Source of the DNA: Nannocystales bacterium
Lineage (GTDB): Bacteria; Myxococcota_A; Polyangia; Nannocystales; Nannocystaceae
Reading direction: 5' to 3'
Assembly: GCA_050633305.1 (NCBI GenBank)
Contig: JBOEGF010000019.1
Location: forward strand, 128,001 to 192,000
DNA length: 64,000 nucleotides
The notes under the pieces were generated by a model, which saw nothing but the letters and a program-made list of their open reading frames with translations, did not search any database and was not told where the DNA came from. Every line of letters starts with the position of its first letter. The first letter of the stretch is position 1. A program made the translations under genes and the position numbers. This document shows positions 57,923 through 64,000 of the stretch, one piece after another.

Positions 57923-60900
57923 GTGCGGAAGCAAACGATTCGAGTGTTGGGTTGGCTGACACTGTTCACGCCGTTGGGTTGTGCGGACCCGTGTCTGGAC
58001 GACGGGCTTCTCCAAGATGACCCCACCAACTGTGCTGCGGATGGTGCCTCGGGATCGACGGGGGAGAATCCTCCCATCGACCAGGAGACAGAGGGAGGGG
58101 AGGCAACCGATGGAGGGGACGCATGCGCAAACGGTATGCAGGATGGCGATGAGACGGACGTAGACTGCGGCGGCTCGTGTGCGGCGGACTGCGGGGTTGG
58201 CCAAGGCTGCGGCGGCGCGGAGGACTGCGAGACGCAGATCTGCGACGAGGCCGGGACCTGCCGTGCGCCGGGTGGATGTGACGACGGAGTCCAGGGGAGC
58301 GACGAGTCCGATGAGGACTGCGGCGGTGCCTGTGGCTCCACGTGCCCCGTCGATGGGCAGTGCGAGGACTTCCTCGATTGTGCCGAGCTCGTTTGCGACT
58401 CGGACGGCGTGTGTGCATCACCGACGTGTTTCGACTCCGCACCCAACGGGGACGAGACGGACGTGGACTGCGGTGGTCCCGAGTGCGAGCCCTGCACCGA
58501 TGGTGGCAGCTGCAACGAAGGAACCGATTGTGTGTCGGAGGCTTGTGACGAGGGAACTTGTGTGCCCTCGGAGTGTGTCGATGGCGAGCAGAACGGTGGT
58601 GAGACGGACGTGGACTGCGGGGGTTCGGACTGTGCCCCTTGCGACGGTGGGGAGTCCTGCGTGGATGCATCGGATTGCGCATCGGCGGTCTGCCAGGCCG
58701 AGATTTGTACGGAGGCGACCTGCGACGATGGGGTTCGCAACGGTGCGGAAACGGACGTGGATTGTGGGGGCGACGCGTGCGATGCGTGCGACGACGGGCA
58801 GAGCTGCGGGGTCGGAGATGACTGTGTGTCGACGCTGTGCGACCCCGTCTCCGATGTGTGCGAGGCCGCCTCGTGCTTCAATGGCATTCAGGACCAGGGC
58901 GAGACCGACGTCGACTGCGGAGGACCATCGTGTGGACCCTGCGATGACGGTGAAGGTTGTGAAGACGGCGACGATTGCCTCTCTGAGGCTTGTGGCGATG
59001 GGGGCTGCACCGCCGCTTCGTGTCGCGACGGACTCCTCAACGGCAACGAGTCGGGCGTGGACTGTGGAGGAGACGAGTGTCAGCCGTGCGACGACGGGGA
59101 CTCCTGTCTGCTCACGACCGACTGCACCTCCAGCGTCTGCTTGATGGAGGTCTGCCAGCCGCCTTCGTGCAGCGATGGGACCCGCAACGGAACCGAAACC
59201 GACGAGGACTGCGGAGGAGCCTGCGGAGCCACGTGTGAGACCGATGAGGGGTGCGGCGATGCTCTCGACTGCACCTCGTTGGTTTGCGACGACACGACCA
59301 ACACCTGCGCAGCCCCGAGTTGTGAGGATGGTGCACCCAACGGCGACGAAACCGATGTCGACTGCGGCGGTCCGGACTGTCCCGCCTGTGATGCTCCCGG
59401 CAACTGTGCGGTGCCCTCTGACTGTGTCTCTGGCGTCTGTGACGAGAGCCAGTGCGTTCCGCCCAGCTGCGATGACGGCGTGCTGAACGGAGCCGAGACC
59501 GATACCGACTGCGGCGGCGACGAGTGTGCGCCCTGCGACGGGGGCGAGGCGTGCGTCGAGGCGACGGACTGCGTGTCGGAGGTCTGCGACGCCGACACTT
59601 GTTCGGACGCAAGCTGTGATGACGGTGTCGCAAACCAAGGCGAGACCGACATCGACTGTGGAGGCGCGAACTGTGACCCCTGCGACGACGGTGAAGGATG
59701 TGAAGCGGGGGCCGACTGTGTGTCCTCGTCGTGCGACCCCGTCGCAGAGGTTTGCGAAGCGCCGACGTGCAGCGACGGGGTTCAAAATGGCGGGGAGACG
59801 GCCTCCGACTGTGGCGGTCCCGATTGCGGCGGCTGCACCCCAGGGGAGGGCTGCAGCGCGGACAGCGACTGTCTTTCGATGGTCTGCGATGAGGTGGCGG
59901 GAACCTGTGTGGCGCCCACCTGCGACGATGGTGTCGTCAACGGGGGCGAGAGCGACCTCGACTGCGGGGGTCCGGATTGCGAGGCGTGCGATGACGGCGA
60001 CGACTGTGTGTTCTCGGCCGACTGCATGTCGATGGTGTGCCTCATGGAGACGTGCCAGCCCTCGGCTTGTGACGATGGGCTGGAGAACGGCGACGAGACG
60101 GACGTGGACTGTGGCGGATCCTGCCAGCCGTGCGACGACGCTCAGGGATGTGGCGTTCCTGGGGACTGCGACTCGGGCGTCTGCGAGGCCAACACCTGTG
60201 CTGAAGCCACCTGTGACGACAGCGTGCAGAATGGAAACGAGACCGGAGAGGACTGCGGCGGCCCCGACTGCAACCCATGCCCCAGTGGCGAGGGGTGCAT
60301 CGGCAACGATGATTGCGACTCGGGGGTCTGTGATGCCGGCACCAACACCTGCCTGGCCCCCGCGTGCGACGACAGCGTCCTCAACGGCACGGAGACCGAC
60401 ACGGATTGTGGCGGCGACGTGTGCCCTGCGTGCGGGACCGGGGAGACCTGTGATGACGGGGACGACTGTGTAAGCGGCGGCTGCACGGGCGGCGCTTGCA
60501 ACGGGCCTCTGAGCGTCGCGATCACGCCCAACGCATGTGGAGATGCGGCCGTCGACGGGTTCGTCTCCTTCACTGCGGTCGCCGATGGTGGCACCGGCGG
60601 CCCCTATGCCTACAGCTGGGCGCCCGATGACGGGACAGTAGCGTCGCCCAACGCTGCGAGCACCGACATCACGCCGACGGACTACGCGTCGTACACGGTT
60701 ACGGCGGCCGACGGCATCGACACGGCATCAGCGGTCGGCGTCGTGGTGATCAGCAACAGCGCGTTCAACCTGCAGGAGAACTGTACCCTGTACCAAGGCG
60801 ACCTCTTGGGCGGAACGGCCAACGCCAGCATCACCTACAGCGCGGGGGGAACGGTCGCCACCGAGGCTGGCAACAACGACCTGGGCTTGCACCTGTGCGA

Positions 60901-61414
60901 GGGCGTCGCGTTCACGAACACTCAGTTGAGCGGTTCGTTCTCGGTCAACACCGCTGGCGACGACGACTTCGCCGGCTTCGTGTGGGGCGCGCAGGACAAC
61001 TCGCACTTCTACGTGATGGCCTGGAAGCAGAGCGAACAAGACTCGTCAGACTTCGGGGTGACTTGTGACTCCGGCGTCTTCGAGACCGGAATGGTCGTCA
61101 AGCGGGTGTTTGCCCCCAGCTTTGACGACCTCACGATGGCCGACATCTACTGCGGGAACGACACGGACAACTCGGAGCTGCTGTTGTCTCCGGCCGAATC
61201 CGTGTCCGAGGGTTGGCTCGACAACACGGACTACACGATCGAAATCGACTTCCTCCAAACGGGAAGCACGGTGCGCGTCACGAACGACGACGCGGCCACG
61301 CTGGTGGATACGTTCGATGTGACGGACTCCACATACATCGACGGCTTCTTCGGATCTCACACGATCTCGCAGGCTGCGGTCGAAGTCGGCCCGCTGTTCG
61401 GAAGCTGCTTGTAG
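57923..61414 (+). CDS. Surface lipoprotein with 16 Cys/Asp-rich repeats and a thrombospondin C-terminal-like domain
   Basis: TPLGC lipobox; 16 copies of C-x-DG-x2[11 protein letters not shown]; C-terminal [37 protein letters not shown]. Start taken as GTG 57923. Confidence 0.85.
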   Translation: MRKQTIRVLGWLTLFTPLGCADPCLDDGLLQDDPTNCAADGASGSTGENPPIDQETEGGEATDGGDACANGMQDGDETDVDCGGSCAADCGVGQGCGGAEDCETQICDEAGTCRAPGGCDDGVQGSDESDEDCGGACGSTCPVDGQCEDFLDCAELVCDSDGVCASPTCFDSAPNGDETDVDCGGPECEPCTDGGSCNEGTDCVSEACDEGTCVPSECVDGEQNGGETDVDCGGSDCAPCDGGESCVDASDCASAVCQAEICTEATCDDGVRNGAETDVDCGGDACDACDDGQSCGVGDDCVSTLCDPVSDVCEAASCFNGIQDQGETDVDCGGPSCGPCDDGEGCEDGDDCLSEACGDGGCTAASCRDGLLNGNESGVDCGGDECQPCDDGDSCLLTTDCTSSVCLMEVCQPPSCSDGTRNGTETDEDCGGACGATCETDEGCGDALDCTSLVCDDTTNTCAAPSCEDGAPNGDETDVDCGGPDCPACDAPGNCAVPSDCVSGVCDESQCVPPSCDDGVLNGAETDTDCGGDECAPCDGGEACVEATDCVSEVCDADTCSDASCDDGVANQGETDIDCGGANCDPCDDGEGCEAGADCVSSSCDPVAEVCEAPTCSDGVQNGGETASDCGGPDCGGCTPGEGCSADSDCLSMVCDEVAGTCVAPTCDDGVVNGGESDLDCGGPDCEACDDGDDCVFSADCMSMVCLMETCQPSACDDGLENGDETDVDCGGSCQPCDDAQGCGVPGDCDSGVCEANTCAEATCDDSVQNGNETGEDCGGPDCNPCPSGEGCIGNDDCDSGVCDAGTNTCLAPACDDSVLNGTETDTDCGGDVCPACGTGETCDDGDDCVSGGCTGGACNGPLSVAITPNACGDAAVDGFVSFTAVADGGTGGPYAYSWAPDDGTVASPNAASTDITPTDYASYTVTAADGIDTASAVGVVVISNSAFNLQENCTLYQGDLLGGTANASITYSAGGTVATEAGNNDLGLHLCEGVAFTNTQLSGSFSVNTAGDDDFAGFVWGAQDNSHFYVMAWKQSEQDSSDFGVTCDSGVFETGMVVKRVFAPSFDDLTMADIYCGNDTDNSELLLSPAESVSEGWLDNTDYTIEIDFLQTGSTVRVTNDDAATLVDTFDVTDSTYIDGFFGSHTISQAAVEVGPLFGSCL

Positions 61415-61599
61415 GTAGGGGATGGCCTGAGGGCCGTCGGGGGCAGAAAAAGCGACGGGCCGCCGAATCTTCTACGAGATTCGGTGGGTCCAAGTGAAAG
61501 CGAGCGAAGCAGGCCCCGTTGAGGGGCCAAGTGTATGTCCCCTGCGGCTTCGCAGCGATGCAGTCCCCCAAGTCGACCAGAATTCCGAAGTGATTCGGT

Positions 61600-61665
61600 G
61601 CCGCTCCCGGAGCGGCGGTTGTGTGGTGCCCTCCTACAACCGCCGATTCGGGAGTGGCTTTTTTT
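61600..61665 (+). terminator. Long hairpin followed by T7 (intrinsic terminator-like)
   Basis: gccgctcccgga/ttcgggagtggc and cggcggttgt/acaaccgccg paired arms, then ttttttt. Confidence 0.75.
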
Positions 61666-61827
61666 GTGGTTTGGCCCACAAACCATTGAGGAATCCGCGG
61701 CTCCATCGTAGGAGTGTGGCCCGACAGATGGGCCTGCGGACCGGTTGGCGGAGATGGGGGAGCGGCGTCTCCTCCCCATGCTGCTTTTCACTCGGAGCTG
61801 CGTCCCGGCGTCGGCCGCGGCTTCTCG

Positions 61828-62576
61828 ATTGCAAACCCTGAGGAAACGAAAACCAAACTCGACGTCAACCCGTGGGTGTTTTGGGGGGCCAACGCGATCA
61901 TCGGGTTGATGGTTTTCGCGGCGGCCATCGCGACGCAGGACGTTGGGGAAACCTTCTCGGCGATTCAGGAAGGTGTCGTCCAGCAATTTTGATGATTCTA
62001 CATCATCGCGATGACGGGGTTCCTCGGCTTTGCGATCTGGCTGGTCTTGAGCCCTTACGGCCAGCTGCGTTTGGGCGCCGACGACTCCCGACCCGAGTTC
62101 AGCACCCCGAGCTGGTTTGCGATGTTGTTCTCGGCCGGCATGGGGATCGGTCTTGGGCATCGCCGGGATGCTGATGGTCTTCGTGCTCATCGCAGGGCCC
62201 ACAGCGTTGTTGCTCAATGCGTTCGTCGAGAACATCGGCACGTATCTGCAGCATCTGCCCGAGAACTCGTTTCGGACGGCGAGCTTCGAGCAGCCGCAAG
62301 CCCAGGCGTGGCTGTCGAATTGGACCGTCTTCTATTGGTCCTGGTGGATCGCCTGGGCACGCCTCCGGGGGCAAGGACGAGCCTCCCGTGTTTCAGCGGG
62401 TCTACTGGGCGGTGCTCGAGGGGACGGTCGCCGCGGTTTTGGTGTTCGCAGGCGGTCTCGAAGCCTTGCAGGCGGCAGTGCTGACGACCGCCGTTCCTTT
62501 CACGGTGATCATCATCATGGTTTGCATCGCGCTGTACCGAGAGTTGCGGTCGACCGACTCCGCGCGCGCTCGTTGA
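61828..62576 (+). pseudogene. BCCT (BetT-like betaine/choline/carnitine) transporter pseudogene
   Basis: PEFSTPSWFAMLFSAGMGIGL, WTVFYWSWWIAW and GGLEALQAA motifs; tandem TGA TGA at 61990-61995, frame changes and two large internal deletions. Confidence 0.88.
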
Positions 62577-62608
62577 CCGCGGTCCGTGCGGGCCGCATGC
62601 TGGCCGCG

Positions 62609-63643
62609 ATGGACCCGGTGACTCAGGGCGCGCTCGGGGCCGCTGCGGCGCAACTCCTGTTGCAGAAACGGTTGGGGCGCCGAGCGTGGCTGTATGGCGC
62701 GCTCGGAGGCATGGCGGCCGACCTCGACATCATCATCCGAAGTGGTGATGACCCGCTCGTAGCATGGACCTACCACCGCCACTTCACGCACAGCCTCGCG
62801 TTCGTGCCCGTTGGGGGCGTGCTGTCGGGGTTGCCGTTCATCGTACGTAAGCCGAAACTCAAGCGGGCGCTGATCCTCGCGGCGACGACCGTGGGGTATG
62901 CCACGCACGCGTTGCTGGACGCGTTCACGTCCTACGGCACCCAGCTGTGGCTGCCCTTCAGCAGCGCTCGAGTGGCCTGGAACTGGATCGGCATCATCGA
63001 TCCGTTCTTCACGCTCCCATTGTGCTTTGGGGTTGCGGTCGCGGCGCGCAAGGACCGACTTCGACCGCTGTGGATCGCCGTAGCCTGGTGCGCCCTGTAC
63101 ATGGGGTGGGGCGGGTTGCAGCACGGCCGCGCCGTGGCTCATGCCAAGTCCTTGGCACAACAGCGAGGGCACGACGCCAGCCGAGTCGAGGCCTTCCCGG
63201 GCGTTGTGACCAACGTGGTGTGGCGGACGCTGTACCTGTCTGATGGACGAATCTACGTCGATGCGGTGCATGTGCCGTGGTGGGGGACGGTGACGTCGCG
63301 CCCGGGCGGGTCAGCGGCCGCGTTTGAGCGCCAACACCACGACGCGTTGGCGGTCGGCGACGAGCGTGTTCTCGAGGGGCTCGCCACCTTCGACTGGTTT
63401 GCGGATGGCTGGGTTGCCGAATCGGCGCCAGGGTCAGGGAAACTGGGCGACGTTCGCTACGGTCGCGGGCTCGCGATCCCCGATGCGATGTGGGGGGTGC
63501 ATGTCCGGCCGAACACCGAGCATCCGTTCGAGGGCTTCAACGACCGGCCAGATCGGGCAGGGCTCGCCGACCTCGTCGATGTGTGGTTCGAGGGGTTCCC
63601 GCCCGCCGTGGCAGCCGAATCGAACGACGGGACGGGTCCCTAG
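62609..63643 (+). CDS. Inner-membrane metal-dependent hydrolase (YdjM-like family)
   Basis: MDPVTQGALG, ADLD, HRHFTHSL, THALLDAFTSYGTQL, IIDP. Confidence 0.88.
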   Translation: MDPVTQGALGAAAAQLLLQKRLGRRAWLYGALGGMAADLDIIIRSGDDPLVAWTYHRHFTHSLAFVPVGGVLSGLPFIVRKPKLKRALILAATTVGYATHALLDAFTSYGTQLWLPFSSARVAWNWIGIIDPFFTLPLCFGVAVAARKDRLRPLWIAVAWCALYMGWGGLQHGRAVAHAKSLAQQRGHDASRVEAFPGVVTNVVWRTLYLSDGRIYVDAVHVPWWGTVTSRPGGSAAAFERQHHDALAVGDERVLEGLATFDWFADGWVAESAPGSGKLGDVRYGRGLAIPDAMWGVHVRPNTEHPFEGFNDRPDRAGLADLVDVWFEGFPPAVAAESNDGTGP

Positions 63644-64000
63644 CCCTCCGGAACCGTGGGGCCCAGTGGCGGCGTGAGCCCGTTGTCTTCGGCCCAAGAC
63701 GCGAGCCGAGTGTACTCCGGACGCGCATCTCCTCGACGGCGGAGTTGCTCTGCCAACGCTGCTGCGGCGACCTCGCGGGCTTCGTCGATTCTGCTGAGCG
63801 CGGACAGGCTTCGGGCTCGCGTGAGGGCGGTGTCGAGGTGTTCGGCAGGCGTGCTGGATTCGGGATGCTCGGTCAGCGAGTCCTGCACCCGGGTGGCGAG
63901 GGCGAGGGCGCTTGCGGGGTTGGTCTCCACCAACACGGACGCCTCCAGCCGCAGAAGCGAAAAGGTCTTGGGGTCCTCAGGGCCGTAGTGTTCTTCCCGA
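63640..64000 (-). CDS. C-terminal part of a TPR-type protein (runs off the window edge)
   Basis: Helical, Ala/Leu-rich open frame (REEHYGPEDPKT...LTRARSLSALSRIDEAREVA) ending at 63640. Confidence 0.55.
   Translation of the reverse strand, partial: REEHYGPEDPKTFSLLRLEASVLVETNPASALALATRVQDSLTEHPESSTPAEHLDTALTRARSLSALSRIDEAREVAAAALAEQLRRRGDARPEYTRLASWAEDNGLTPPLGPTVPEG

Noticed and set aside
57923..61414. Eukaryotic contamination explaining the TSP-like domain
   Set aside because: Intron-free, has a bacterial lipobox, and its composition and repeat type match the neighbouring genes.
61439..61710. tmRNA or c-di-AMP (ydaO) riboswitch
   Set aside because: Only superficial 5' resemblance. The tmRNA TTCGAC and tRNA-like 3' end, and the ydaO GGGGTGAATC/CAGCTAAC cores, are absent.
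61990..61995. TGA TGA as recoding (Sec, Trp or Gly)
   Set aside because: TGA is a normal stop in many genes here, and this gene also has deletions and frameshifts.

Overview
High-GC bacterial chromosomal segment. Many acidic Ser/Thr/Gly-linker lipoproteins, DUF1592/DUF1552-type pairs, Ser/Thr kinase-TPR proteins and Cys-rich repeats point to Myxococcota, probably Nannocystaceae-like (inference). Core or metabolic genes: prfC, a divergent ATP-type pckA, two map paralogues, rocD-like aminotransferase, tdk, a molybdopterin oxidoreductase, an SDR, a rhodanese and a PilT paralogue. Main observations: (i) a decaying orphan Rhs module at 23.8-27.0 kb whose JAB/DUF4329-like toxin tip is missed by the ORF track because it spans three frames; it abuts a candidate immunity lipoprotein and follows a perfect 35-bp direct repeat; (ii) two ArsA/Get3-like ATPases with complementary active-site defects, separated by an antisense biotinyl-carrier gene; (iii) a 16-repeat Cys-rich surface protein ending in a thrombospondin C-terminal-like domain; (iv) an HTH-only LysR with an ATAC-N7-GTAT box divergent from map2-ECF-kinase-TPR; (v) a glutaredoxin-NfuA fusion upstream of an orphan 2-hydroxyacyl-CoA-dehydratase-type gene with tandem palindromic boxes; (vi) two structured intergenic elements, one ending in a long terminator ahead of a BCCT transporter pseudogene. 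No rRNA, tRNA, CRISPR array or transposase was recognised. All family calls come from motifs read by eye; no database search was run, and many start codons were adjusted manually.
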